From Octopus bimaculoides (taxonomy: Eukaryota): DNA of 64,000 nt. Below, one piece after another: positions 1 to 13,888 of this stretch. Both the position numbers and the translations under genes were made by a program. Within the stretch, counting starts at the first letter, position 1. Each line of letters starts with the position of its first letter. The stretch covers positions 2,942,676 through 3,006,675 of the forward strand of contig NC_068981.1 of NCBI RefSeq assembly GCF_001194135.2, written 5' to 3'. The notes beneath the pieces are model-generated. The model was not told the DNA's origin, made no database searches, and saw only the letters and a list, made by a program, of their open reading frames with translations.

Positions 1-203
1 TCTATGACATTCTATTTTTAAACAACTCAAAATTTCTTTGGATAATAAAATGGGATACAGCTTCAAGGATAAGTAGTAGCAGCAGTAGCGGCAGCAGCAT
101 GTTGCTTGGATAGTTAGGGTAGGCTCCAGTTATACTCAAAACAGGAATATGTAGATAGCCACAGCATTTTTAGTACAACAGGAAAAAGTCAGCCTATTGC
201 TGC

Positions 204-239
<36 letters not shown>

Positions 240-1023
240 CACTATAATTACAATTATCCTATAAAATATTACCCATTTCAGGTCAAACAATTACATAAGC
301 ATCTTTTGATGAAATGTATTTTATAATTTATTATGTCATTGACCCTCACACACACACACCATTAGTTAGATAATTCAACATAAGACCAGTTACAATGTTT
401 TTTTTTTCGTTTTTTTAAGACAATGTAGTCATTCATATACAGAAGAAAGAAAAAAACACAGTTCAAAACACCAAATACTGCATCAGGACTGACCTAGGGT
501 TAATATGATATTCCAGAATACATTTACAGTTTGTCAGTAATGGTAGCACACAAAAATGCACCCAGTACACTCTGTAAAGTGGTTGTTACTAAGAAGGGCA
601 TCCAGGTTTAGGAAGGTAGAAACCCTGCCTCAACAGACAATTGCAGCTCTTTAGCTTGCTAGCTCCCTGTCAAACCATGCCAACCCAGGCCAGCATAGAA
701 AACAAATGATGATGTTCTACAATGGATAAATTTGTTGACCACTCTCAAAACTGAATCAGGCTCCCTAATTCAGTGATTGATGAAATAACTGTACAAAAGA
801 AAATCTCTAAATACCCATTTCCATTTCAAGGTGACTTCCATTGGTTATCAGCCAAGCCTTTTCTCTTTGGATGTCAATTAAAAATACCTCGTTAACTGTG
901 CTATATTGATGTATGTGCATCTATCTATTGATGACTTGGTTGTATTTTTAAACTTTCAACTCTCACCATTTCTCTAAAGAAATCTATTCTAATTCATTAG
1001 TGTTTATGGAAAAGAAAACAGAC

Positions 1024-1428
1024 AGGCGTAGGAGTGGCTGTGTGGTAAGTAGCTTGCTTACGAACTACATGGTTCCAGGTTCAGGCCCCCTGCATGGCAC
1101 CTTGGGCAAGTGTCTTCTACTATAGCCTCGGGCCGACCAAAGCCTTGTGAGTGGATTGGTAGACAGAAACTGAAAGAAGCCCATTGTATATGTGTATATA
1201 TAGATATGTGTCTGTGTTTGTGCCCCCAACATTGCTTGACAACTGATGCTGGTGTGTTTATGTACCCATAACTTAGCGGTTCAGCAAAAGAGACCGATAG
1301 AATAAGTACTAGGCTTGCAAAGAATAAGTCCTGGGGTCGATTAGCTTGACTAAAAAAAGGTGGTGCTCCAGCATGGCCACAGTCAAATGACTGAAACAAG
1401 TAAAAGAGAGAGAGAGTAAAGAGAGTAA
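1024..1428 (+). mobile_element. tRNA-derived CORE-type SINE (family A), near full length
   Basis: A-box TGGCTGTGTGG, B-box GGTTCAGGCCC and CORE-like CACCTTGGGCAAGTG, then an internal (TA)/(TG) tract and a 3' tail GACTGAAACAAGTAAAAGAG. About 30 homologous copies or fragments occur in the window. Confidence 0.9.
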
Positions 1429-1637
1429 ATAAGGTTTTTCTAATGNNNNNNNNNNCTTAGCGGTTCAGCAAAAGAGACCGATAGAATAAGTACTAGGCTT
1501 GCAAAGAATAAGTCCTGGGGTCGATTAGCTTGACTAAAAAAAGGTGGTGCTCCAGCATGGCCACAGTCAAATGACTGAAACAAGTAAAAGAGAGAGAGAG
1601 TAAAGAGAGTAAATAAGGTTTTTCTAATGATCACGCA

Positions 1638-1682
<45 letters not shown>

Positions 1683-2927
1683 TGCCAGTGTGGAGACCAG
1701 GCATTGGCCTTAATCTACACACCACTAAAACTCTTTGCTTCCTTGTGTGCATGCTTGTCTGTAATTTAATACAGCCAAACCAGCGCATAATGAGGGAAAT
1801 ACTTTGAAAGTAAGGTACCCTTGAAATGTGACTACAAATGGAATAAAACAAGTTTCACATAAAGCAGACCACAAGCCAAGAAGAGATAAACAGAAAGCAA
1901 AACAAAGTTAGAGTTTTTAGACATTCGAGGGTTATGACCCCTTCTTCAGAACATGTGGACATGTTGCTTGTCCACATGTCATAACTTCAAAATGTAGAAA
2001 TATAAGGTAAAACTCCTGTTTTGTTTTCTTTTTATAGTTTACTCTATATCTTATCTCAAGTTGTTCCAGCCTTACCAACCAAGTTTCCTTACTATAATAT
2101 CACACAATGCTTCACCATAACTACTCCATTTTAAACACATACTGGTTCTATTCCACTTTATTTCTTTTTTAATTTGTCAATTGGTTAACTATTTAGCCAA
2201 TTAACTAATCAATAGTTTGATTAATTGTTCAGACAATCAATCAGCTAGTTTTCGTCAAAGTTCTTTTGTCGCCATTCATGACCTTAATAATATGCTCTCT
2301 CCACTCCTAAGAAAGTCTACGTAACTTTCAAAGCTGATACAACTTCTTTTATTAAACGCAGATCAAGTGTTGGTGCTGTCACGTGTAACTGTTCGTCTGT
2401 TTCAAAAGACAAGTCTATAATCAATAGAAAATGGGCAGAAATGCAACAGCTGTGTGTTTACATCAGCAATCACCTCCTACACAGCTGACTGACCTTTACC
2501 ACATGACCTCAACAGTGAGAAATAGACAGCAGACAGCATAGGGTTAATATATGCTGATTCTCGTCACTAATGTCTTCAATAGTCAAAAGGTGTAGCGAAT
2601 AAAGAATGGGAATATCCGAGTAAGCTGGTGGAAATAATAATGAAAAAACAAAAAAAGTCACAATGTAATTTCTGAAAAGCAATATTATTAAAAAGACTTA
2701 ATTTACTTTCAGTGGAGTATATTCTATGCACTATACAGCACTTTGTTTGAGGAAAGGAGTGAGATCAAATGGTATATTGGCTCAAGATTGATGATATGTA
2801 GTTTTGTATAGGAAGAAACGTCACACAGAACACTGGGGTCATAGGAAGAAATTAACTATATCTAGAGAGAGAAGATTGTGGTATTATTTGAGAGCTAAAA
2901 GACTGTACAATTTAGTATACAGACCAT

Positions 2928-3439
2928 TTACTCTTTTACTTGTTTCAGTCATTTGACTGTGGCCATGCTGGAGCACCGCCTTTAGTCGAGCAAATCGACC
3001 CCAGGACTTATTCTTTGGAAGCCTAGTACTTATTCTATCCGTCTCTTTTGCCGAACTGCTAAGTTACGGGGACGTAAACACACCAGCATCGGTTGTCAAG
3101 CGATGTTGGAGGGACAAACACAGACACACACNNNNNNNNNNNNNNNNNNNNNNNNNNNNNNNNNNNNNNNNNNNNNNNNNNNNNNNNNNNNNNNNNNNNN
3201 NNNNNNNNNNNNNNNNNNNNNNNNNNNNNNNNNNNNNNNNNNNNNNNNNNNNNNNNNNNNNNNNCACACACACACACACACACACACGACGGGCTTCTTT
3301 CAGTTTTTCGTCTACCAAATCCACTCACAAGGCTTTGGTCAGCCCGAGACTAGTAGAAGACACTTGCCCAAGGTGCCACGCAGTGGGAATGAACCCAGAA
3401 CCATGTGGTTGGTAAGCAAGCTACTTACCACACAGCCAC
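2928..3439 (-). mobile_element. CORE-SINE family A, full length, with N-gap inside its internal (CA)n
   Basis: Reverse complement of the 1024-1428 element; both halves flank gap 3132-3264. Confidence 0.9.
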
Positions 3440-3975
3440 TGTTTAATATTTGTTGCTTCCATCCCCCATTAAACCCATGCTAGCATGAGTTGGACGGAAT
3501 TTATTTGAAAGAGATTTTTTAAATTCCACAGACTTTTGAAAGTACAGAGCAATTGGTTGTATTGTCAACGAGGAATATTATGTTACCATTTCACTAAGAC
3601 AGAGACAACCAAAGCCATGAATTGTCAACAACAGCACACCTATGTACGTATATACCAGGTTTCCATAGTTTACATCTACCAATTCCAATGACAAAGCATT
3701 GGTTAGCCTAAGTCTATAGGGCACTATATAGCCCAAGGTGCCAGGCATTAAGTTAGAACTTGAAACCACATGATTATAAAGCAAACTCCTTAGTTATACT
3801 GCCATGTCTGTATAAAAAGAAACTTTCTATGTAATGTAACAATTTTAATAAGTTTCATTTAATGATAAATATTATATAATTTATTAACCCTCTTAAATAC
3901 CAGCCCACGAAGGACTGCCTCAGGTTCCAGGTTACCGAATTGCTTCCAACCACTCATATTAAGGTGTCCTGATGA

Positions 3976-4187
3976 TAACCTTTTTGATACCAGCCCACCC
4001 AGTGCCAACCCTGGTTCTATAATAAAAGCTTCTTGTTTTAAGCTGATCTAAAATTTTCATATTAATTTACATCCTAAACTCCAACACAATAATGACAAAG
4101 TTAGTTTACTAAATTCTACATCATTTTCAAAATTAACTGAGATAAAGCCAGAGTATTTCAACAGAAATATGGTAAGAAAAGGATTAA
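3976..4187. mobile_element. piggyBac-like MITE (about 210 bp)
   Basis: Terminal inverted repeats TAACCTTTTTGATACCA / TGGTAAGAAAAGGATTAA with TTAA-type ends. Homologous copies near 14520-14690, 17365-17520, 20021-20214, 25053-25100 and 28487-28693. Superfamily call rests on TTAA plus CCC-like termini. Confidence 0.65.
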
Positions 4188-5457
4188 TATCCACCAAACT
4201 TTCAACACTGATTGCTAACATAAAAGCTCAACAGGTGAAAGATCAATCCTAGTTCCAACAGTTTTACATATCTTATTCCAAATACCAAGTAATAATGCTA
4301 TAGTTACTTTAATGATTGACTCCAAATAATTGAAATACATAAGCATATATCCATATATAAATGCCAGTACAAGCCAACAAGAAATTAACTAACCCAAGCA
4401 TCCAAGAGATTACAAAGATTAAACCAAGTATCCAAAAGGGCATAAATGATTAAGGGTTGTCAATTAAAATATCACTAATTACCAGACAAGCTGATAATTT
4501 AACAGTCAACTTAGGAAAAAATATAATTGATGTCCGAGTAATTTTGCTCCATTCATTATGATGATAATCTGGCAAGTACAGTGGAAGCTATGCTTTGATG
4601 CGGAGGTTTAATAAGACCAAAACACATCTAGAGTGGTCACCTCTACTTGCCAAAATATGGTTCAAATAATATTAGTCACAGAGTTTTCTTCTCGCAACAT
4701 AAGTATTATTAATAGATTAGATTTTCTTTCTCCTTTTTACACTAAATATGATGGTACTAACATAACATTTTTTGTGCAGATGGCATTTCTAATTGCTTTT
4801 AGTCAAACAGATATTTTAGCACGCTGACTAGAATACTAATTATCTAGAACTATTAATGAACACAAAACACGATGCAAATTTATCAAAATTTTCTACACAA
4901 GAAACAAGGTAGGTGCTTGTGTACTGATTCACTTGTGATAAAAGAAAACTATATTGATGGTGGACCAGTGATGTGGTCTCACACCCACTGATTTGATTTG
5001 TAGCTGTTTTAATTAAGAATTGATCAATACCCTAGCTATTTATTGACTACAGAATCAGCAGGATTATATTACCACAATTGCTAATGTGATGATGGTGACA
5101 ATCACCATCGTTGTTCCTGTGAAAAAGAAAGACCTGCCATTAAAGCTGTTATCTTTTGAACACAGTTTTTTTCCAAGAATGATCTGGCACCAAAGATTTA
5201 GACTATTCTTACTACCATTTCCATAGATTTGTTATGAGCCCTATGGTTCATAAGACCAGAGTATGACATAGGTTTTGTGGCATAGAAGAGACTAAAATTA
5301 CAACACTACACCTTGGATGGGATGCCAGTCATTCAAAGGGTTGAGTTTTATGAGTCAAACAGTTGTTTCTGGAGGCTTGGTGGTCCAGAATAATGATAGA
5401 TACTTGGTTCCATTATCAGATAATACCACCTCCGTCTTCAGGGGAGAATTTTACATA

Positions 5458-5840
5458 TGAGGTGTTGACTGGAGTGTGGTCGTTGCCAGTATTGCCTTAC
5501 CGGCACACGTGCTGGTGGCATGTGAAAGAAAACATTCGAGCATGGTCGTTGCCAGTGCCGCCGGACTGGCTCCCGTGCAGGTAGCACCTAAAAAACACTT
5601 TTTGAGTGTGGCCATTGCCAGAAGCGCCTGACTGGCCCTCGTGCCGGTGGCACATAAAAGCACCCACTACACTCTCAGAGTGGTAGGCATTAGGAAGAAG
5701 GGCATCCAGCTGTAGAAACTTTGCCAGATCAGATTGAGCCTGGTGCAGCCTTCTGGCATGCCAGCCCTCAGTCAAACCGTCCAACCCATGCCAGCATGGA
5801 AAACAGACGTCAAACGACAACGATGATGATGATGATGATA
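5458..5840 (+). mobile_element. (GAT)n-tailed bipartite SINE-like element (family B, probably RTE-mobilised)
   Basis: Tandem subunits containing GCCAGT..ACTGGC, core TTAGGAAGGGCATCCAGCTGTAGAAAC, and 3' GACGTCAAACGACAACGATGATGAT tail. About 20 related copies in the window. The RTE link is inferred from the tandem-repeat tail. Confidence 0.75.
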
Positions 5841-8800
5841 CTCATATTCTCTGTGCAACTACACATATTTTCTGTAAAACCAAAACAAAGTAGAATTGAC
5901 AAGACAACCTCTCCCCCACCATTTTTACTTAACTNNNNNNNNNNNNNNNNNNNNNNNNNNNNNNNNNNNNNNNNNNNNNNNNNNNNNNNNNNNNNNNNNN
6001 NNNNNNNNNNNNNNNNNNNNNNNNNNNNNNNNNNNNNNNNNNNNNNNNNNNNNNNNNNNNNNNNNNNNNNNNNNNNNNNNNNNNNNNNNNNNNNNNNNNN
6101 NNNNNNNNNNNNNNNNNNNNNNNNNNNNNNNNNNNNNNNNNNNNNNNNNNNNNNNNNNNNNNNNNNNNNNNNNNNNNNNNNNNNNNNNNNNNNNNNNNNN
6201 NNNNNNNNNNNNNNNNNNNNNNNNNNNNNNNNNNNNNNNNNNNNNNNNNNNNNNNNNNNNNNNNNNNNNNNNNNNNNNNNNNNNNNNNNNNNNNNNNNNN
6301 NNNNNNNNNNNNNNNNNNNNNNNNNNNNNNNNNNNNNNNNNNNNNNNNNNNNNNNNNNNNNNNNNNNNNNNNNNNNNNNNNNNNNNNNNNNNNNNNNNNN
6401 NNNNNNNNNNNNNNNNNNNNNNNNNNNNNNNNNNNNNNNNNNNNNNNNNNNNNNNNNNNNNNNNNNNNNNNNNNNNNNNNNNNNNNNNNNNNNNNNNNNN
6501 NNNNNNNNNNNNNNNNNNNNNNNNNNNNNNNNNNNNNNNNNNNNNNNNNNNNNNNNTGTCCAGCTTGCTAACAATTCTGCCAGCTTGCCATCATAATTCT
6601 CATTTTGGCACAAGGCCAGCAATTTTGGGAGAGAGGCAAATTAGTATCAACTCCAATACTTTGACCCCCCCACAAAAAAAAATAAAAAAAAAAAACAAAG
6701 TTGACCTCAGTGGAATTTAAACTCAGGTCATAAAGAGTTGGAGGAAATGCTACAGAATATTTTTTCTGTCAGCTCACCATCTTCATGATAACCATCATAA
6801 TATTGACAATACCAGTTGCGAAATATTTTTGGCATGTCATCTGTTTAATGAATTAAACTGTAAATATCTCACACAAAAAGAAACAAAAAAACAAAAAGAC
6901 CACCACACTAGAATCTCGTTTCAGAAATCTCTTGAGATTAGACAAGTAAAGAAGACAAGCTTCTTGCTAAAACATTTCAGTTCGATGATTATCTGATTAA
7001 AGCTAAATTATGGATTTACTTTTTTTTTCCATAAATAATGAAAGTATTTCTCAAAGATAATTTTTAATCATTATTGCAGTAATAACTTTTTTGGTAAGCA
7101 ATTGAAGTTATGCATAAATATATAAAAGCAATTTTGGCAATTTGTCTTTTTAAAGTGAAAAACTAAATTGATTAAAAAAATATAAAATTGAATTAAAGAG
7201 AAAGAGATATAAATTATAACCTATAATAACAGTCTGTTATTCTCAAAACATTATATACATTTTTCAAATTAAAAAACAATCTTCAGTTTCAATGCAATTA
7301 TTTTATTTTATTTAGCTTACTAATTTTAAAAGAAAACTGAAAGGTTTCCAATGTGTCGAGAGACAAAATTCAAACCTCAGTGTTTTATTCTTCCATAATA
7401 AAATTAAAAACATTTTAAAGTCCAAGTTAAAAGCTTTTGTTATGGCAGGATGCATAAATTCCATCGAAGCTTATTATTAAATATTAAATAACATCATCAT
7501 CACTATCATTTAATGTCCACTTTTCACTGCTTGCATGGGTCAGATGGGATTTGTTGAGGCAGATTTTCTATTGCAAGATGCCATTCCTGTCACTAACCCT
7601 CATTTGCTTCCAAGCAAGATAATATTGTCTCATTATCAGTTATGTTTTCCATGGAAGACTAGAAACAAAGAACATCACTTGTATGACGGTGATGCTTGTT
7701 TACAATTATCACATGATATCAAAACAAAGGTACACACATATATAGTGGACTTCTTTCAGTTTCCATTTTCCAAATCCACTCACAAGACCAGGGCTTTCGT
7801 AGAAGACACTTGCCCAAGATGCCACACAGTGGCATAGTTGGGACATAAGCTTCTTAACCACAAAGCCATCTATAAACATATCTGCACCTATTTCTTTTAG
7901 CTGATTAATTTGAAAAGAAAACCTAAAATTTTCAAATCACGTTAACACATAATTAAAAGTAAACAAGAGAACCAACCACATGTCCCTAAATTTTAATCTT
8001 TCCTCCACAAATTTGGCCTTTTCTGCCAAAATACCTGTTATTTTATCATCACTGATGACATTGTCTAACCCTAAATAAGCTCTGATCAAGAAGATTTTAC
8101 GTACCAAAGGCTTTCCAGCCATCCTGAACATCCCATGGTTGTGCTGGGAAAATCGAAGACTACATTATGTAATGTGTATTAGAAATCCTTTCTACTATAG
8201 GCACAAGGCCCGATATTTTGGTGGATGAGGTGAGCCAGTCACATTGACCCGTGTTCAACTGGCTTTGTTTGTTTGTTTTGGCATGGTTTCTACAGCCGGA
8301 TGCCCTTCCTAATACCAACTACTTTATAGAGTGTACTAGGTGCCCCTTACATGATACCAGCAAGAGTGCCCTTTGAGTGGAACTGGCACAGATGCCTTCT
8401 ATGTGGCACCAACATGAGTGCTTTTTACGCGACACCAGCACAGGAAAAATAGATGATAAATAATGATGACATTAAATAAAAATTAACATTAGTAACAATT
8501 AATAAGAATTTACGTTCCACTTTAATCTAATAAACTTTAAATTTAATTAACTGAAATCTTTCAAATCTCAGAGAAACCAGAACCATTCCCCCCCCCCCCC
8601 ATTTTGCAAACCTTAGGAAGATAATAAAAATAGTATTTTAAGGAGTGCAAGACTATGAGTAATGTGGTTGATTGCTGTTACTGTTATATTTCATGCTTTT
8701 GGGTTTATCTGGATCAGTTGATATAAGAGGAGGGTTTTTCCAGGAGTGGGGTGTAATGTTCTGGAATGTTGCGAAGATGTTAAGGTGACTGTAGGTTCCT

Positions 8801-9299
8801 GGACATATAATTGTTAGTTTTATAATTAGCTAATTAGCAGTGAAGGAGGCAATATGCATGACATTTTCAGACCCCCCACCCCAAAGACTAATGAGAGTCA
8901 TGTGATTAACATTTAGGTCAAACTACTCTACGTCACAAGACCAAAAAAAAGACATTTAAAAAAAAAAACACCAAGCAGGAAGGAACTTCCGGAAAATTGT
9001 AGTTCTCTGAAAACTGATTGGGAATTTTTTTTTTTTACAGTAAAATCTATTTGAGAGTCAAAATGGGGATGATACGAAATAGAAATAAGTGTAATAAGTA
9101 GGTGCAGGCATAGGTGTGATGCATATTTGAGAAACTTGCTTCCAAACCACTTGATCTTGGGTTCAATCCCACTGCACAACATATTAAGCAAGTTTCTTCT
9201 GCTAGAGCCCCAGGTGACCAAATCCTTATGAGTCAATTTTAAGGAAGGAAACTGAAAGAACCTAGGTGTGTGTGGGGGGGGACTGCTGAGAACTGCAAG

Positions 9300-9567
<268 letters not shown>

Positions 9568-10194
9568 ACATGCACACACTCTTGTCTTGACATCACATGA
9601 TAGCTGTGAACAAGCATCACTATCATTCATACAAGTTATGTTGTATCTAGTCTTCATAAAAATCATATCTGGCCATGGAGAAGTTATTACCTTACATGGA
9701 AACAGGTGAAGGCTCACGAGAGGAAGGGCATCTGGTTATAGAAAACTTGCCTCGATAAATCCTATCTGACCCATGCGAGCATGGAAAACTGAACATTAAA
9801 GGATGATGAAGTGAGTTCAGCTGGAAAGGCTTTCAGTGAGTTAATTCAAAAGAGAAAACACAGTGCTGTGCTAACAACACAACAGAAAGAAGGAACCTGT
9901 CTGTAGCTGTAGAAAGTGGTTGCAGTTATGTTACTGAGTGACTAGGCAGCCAAACAGCTTTCTTTTGGATGTGGTTTAGGACATTTATATGTACAGTAAT
10001 AAAATGCACCACCCAAGATGTGTGAACAATATTCACACTGTGAATCGTACATTAGCTTTGTAGGTCAACAGCTGATCAAGGCTGAAGTTTATTCCATCCT
10101 TGGAGTGGAACCTTAGTCTTCGTGATGTAACTTAGATGTGCTATATACACCAAATTGTGATGCAGATTGTCATGTAGCTTTGGTGTGTGTGTCA

Positions 10195-10415
10195 CATAAA
10201 AAGCACCATTCGAGCGTCGCTGATGCCAGTGCCGCCTGACTGGCACCTGTGCTGGTGGTGTGTAAAAGGCACCCACTACACTCTCAGTGTTAGGAAGGGC
10301 GTCCAACTGTAGAAACATTGCCAGATCAGATTGGAGCCTGGTGCAGCCTCCTGGTTTGCCAGTTCTCAGTCAAACCGTACAACCCATGCCAGCATGGAAA
10401 GCGGATGTTAAATGA
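10195..10415 (+). mobile_element. Family B element, 5'-short copy
   Basis: GCCAGTGCCGCCTGACTGGC unit, AGGAAGGGCGTCCAACTGTAGAAAC core, GCGGATGTTAAATGAC tail. Confidence 0.75.
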
Positions 10416-10424
10416 CAATCATGA

Positions 10425-10458
<34 letters not shown>

Positions 10459-11219
10459 ATTGGTAGAAGTTAAAATGACTAAAGGAGCCATGAGTTTCAA
10501 GTGTCTGAAAAGTGCCAACACATGAAACTCTTAGCTCTTGAGTCACTAACTTCAACTGATTATTAATAACAGATACACTCATGTTTTGAGCTCCATTTTC
10601 CTGTTTGCATCACCAAACATCATATATATATATATACACACACANNNNNNNNNNNNNNNNNNNNNNNNNNNNNNNNNNNNNNNNNNNNNNNNNNNNNNNN
10701 NNNNNNNNNNNNNNNNNNNNNNNNNNNNNNNNNNNNNNNNNNNNNNNNNNNNNNNNNNNNNNNNNNNNNNNNNNNNNNNNNNNNNNNNNNNNNNNNNNNN
10801 NNNNNNNNNNNNNNNNNNNNNNNNNNNNNNNNNNNNNNNNNNNNNNNNNNNNNNNNNNNNNNNNNNNNNNNNNNNNNNNNNNNNNNNNNNNNNNNNNNNN
10901 NNNNNNNNNNNNNNNNNNNNNNNNNNNNNNNNNNNNNNNNNNNNNNNNNNNNNNNNNNNNNNNNNNNNNNNNNNNNNNNNNNNNNNNNNNNNNNNNNNNN
11001 NNNNNNNNNNNNNNNCTAACAATACAAAGTTAACTAGAATAAGACCAACATATGGGAAAGCTGAAATGTTTTTCTGTATCTATTGAAATACTTTCAATAC
11101 TAATCCGAAATCAAAGCCACAACTGCATTGACCAGTTTGTATTTTTAAACAGTGTTAAAATAGTTCAAAGATATTTTGAGCAGACATTCAGAAAAACCTA
11201 ATTTTAGTACTTGCTGTTT

Positions 11220-11272
<53 letters not shown>

Positions 11273-12949
11273 CAGATGGTTCACACAAATGGTTCAATAT
11301 CCAGAAGTCTTTGTCTTCTCCCAATGAGCTTTCCTCCTTTTGATGTCTCAGAGCTTAAGAGCAGAAGCCTAAGAAGCTTCCTTCCTCTTTATAACATATT
11401 TTCAGTAATACTAACGCTACATTGCCACTTAATTACTAAATATGTGATTCCTCTTTACACATGGATGACTAAAATATGGCTCTTTAAAGAGTTTTTTTTT
11501 TCTTCAAGGTGGTCTTTACATAAAAAAAAAGTTACATTTAGTTAGTAAGAGAGGGGTGGGATACAAGCAAGGCTTCAAAGAAAAATTTAGCAAGGTATAA
11601 TAAGACTCTTTTGGGACCCCATGAGGGGTTTCTTTTCTTAAGATGAGANNNNNNNNNNNNNNNNNNNNNNNNNNNNNNNNNNNNNNNNNNNNNNNNNNNN
11701 NNNNNNNNNNNNNNNNNNNNNNNNNNNNNNNNNNNNNNNNNNNNNNNNNNNNNNNNNNNNNNNNNNNNNNNNNNNNNNNNNNNNNNNNNNNNNNNNNNNN
11801 NNNNNNNNNNNNNNNNNNNNNNNNNNNNNNNNNNNNNNNNNNNNNNNNNNNNNNNNNNNNNNNNNNNNNNNNNNNNNNNNNNNNNNNNNNNNNNNNNNNN
11901 NNNNNNNNNNNNNNNNNNNNNNNNNNNNNNNNNNNNNNNNNNNNNNNNNNNNNNNNNNNNNNNNNNNNNNNNNNNNNNNNNNNNNNNNNNNNNNNCACCA
12001 GCTCAACATCCGCTTTTCTCATACTTACAGGCTCTGGGAGGTCAACAAAGCAACCTTTATTTATCTTTCCAATCCTAAATTTCATCCTGTGAGGCCTACC
12101 ATTCATAAAAATTTGATCTGGTTGTAGCAGCTCTATTTTGAGTCTGTGCTAATCTTTCTGCCCTACCTGCTAGCAACATTTTTTTACCTAACACACCCAG
12201 AAATCAACCAGGAAGCCTCTCCGAGATCACTGGAGTACTAGAAATAGCAGTCAAATCTCCCTCAAAGCACATGCAACTAACTTAGAAAAAAAAAAAAAAA
12301 CAGGAAGGTCATATTGGAAAATATAGTCCTTGATACACAATGTCTGAGAAATAGACAGGCAGGTCCTTGATCATAAATCTGTTCGGTCATGGCTGGCTTG
12401 GGGTTAAACAACAATATATTTCAGATCAATGTAATCTTTACTCTTTTATTACACTGATGAACACCTCTAATTCCCATAAATCTTATTTGCTCAATGACAT
12501 GGAAAACTATCAATGATTGGTAATCAGCACCACCACCACCACTATCATCATCATCATCATCATCATCCTTGCTCCAATCTATTTCTTAATGCATCTCATA
12601 TATGGAAATGTTTACAATTAGACAAATACTGATTTCTGAGATTGGCACAACGCCATACACCCTGAGACGAGCTGTAAAATCAATTGAGCCAACTCCGCCA
12701 CTGTATCATTGGTTATTTTTATAGATCCAAGAGGCATGAAAGAGCCGTCAACAGAGGTTTATTTATTTATATCACCATTGAACAATAACATTTGTTAGAT
12801 TGCTCCCATGAGCCAATCAAAGGGTTGCAGTGTTTTTCACAAAGTGTCCAGAACTCAAAGTAGAACAAATGTCTTAAGGGACAGAACAGAGAACAAGATT
12901 TTGTTTGGGGCATTTTTCTGATTTTGTTTTTGTTTTTAATTTAATAGAC

Positions 12950-13368
12950 ACATGACTGTGATGTAAAGAAGTTTGCTCTGGAACCACATGGTTTCAGGTT
13001 CAATTCCATACATGGCACCTTGTGCAAGTGTCTTCAACTGTAGCCCTAGGTTTACCAAATCTTTGTGAATGGATTTGGTAGATGAAAATTAAAAGAAGCA
13101 TGTATATATCTGTGTATGTATGGGTGTGCGCATGCACGCATGTTTGTGTGCATGCATGCATGTACGTGTGTGTGTGTGTGTGTGTGTGTGTTTATGGATG
13201 TGTGTCCTCCACAACTGCTTGACGATAGTTGATGGTTTATGTCATCATAAACTAGCAGTGAGGCAAAAGAGGCCTGCAAAGTAAGCACAGAGGTTTTAGA
13301 AATAAGCCCTGGGGTCAATTTGTTCAAGTCAACCATTCAAGGTGGTGCCTGAAACAAGTAAAAGATAA
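12950..13368 (+). mobile_element. CORE-SINE family A, diverged full-length copy
   Basis: B-box GGTTCAATTCC, CACCTTGTGCAAGTG, internal (TG)n, GAAACAAGTAAAAG tail. Confidence 0.85.
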
Positions 13369-13888
13369 AATATATACATTCTGAGACATTTAAGCTTCTA
13401 CTTAACCATTTCCAGTTCTCCACAACCCTTCCAATTAATAGATTAATTTATATTAGAAGAACTGCTTGTCCAATTATAATAATGGTAGTTTTGTTGAAAA
13501 TCATTCTTTGCCGTAAAATCTTTTTCTATAGCATTGCAAAAATCAGGTCTCTTATGATTGATTAACAGCTTAAATATTATTTCTAATCAAATATTCACAG
13601 GATCCCTCTTACATCAGTGTTCTTTTTAAACTGAATGTTACTCAAACAAGAAGTACAGCTTCGTGGTTAAGAAGCTTATTTCACAACCCCATAGTTTCAG
13701 GTTCAGTCCCACTGCACAGCATCTTCTATAGCCCTGGGCCAACCAATGCCTTATGAATGTGTGTCATTGATGAGGCCTCATGGAGGCAGTGACAGGTGAT
13801 CAAGGCCTTTACCGATACACCATACTTGTGCAGACCTGTCAAGCCAAGTGAGATTGTAGTCATGGCCAACGCCAGGATTATTATTATT

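Noticed and set aside
1024-1100. tRNA genes suggested by A/B boxes
   Set aside because: No cloverleaf can be formed; the boxes are SINE heads followed by CORE or Meta domains.
1272-1629. Perfect 174-bp tandem duplication (1272-1445 and 1456-1629)
   Set aside because: The copies are identical and separated by exactly 10 Ns, the signature of an unmerged contig overlap. Long reads would be needed to call it real.
5721-6720. ORFs of 270-291 aa here, and similar ones at 10579-11086, 11516-12106 and 47573-48582
   Set aside because: They are open only because they run through N-gaps.
8071-8104. Intron joining the 8143-8105 exon candidate to GLDNVISDDKIT
   Set aside because: It would be only 34 nt, implausibly short, and read-through in that frame hits TAA.
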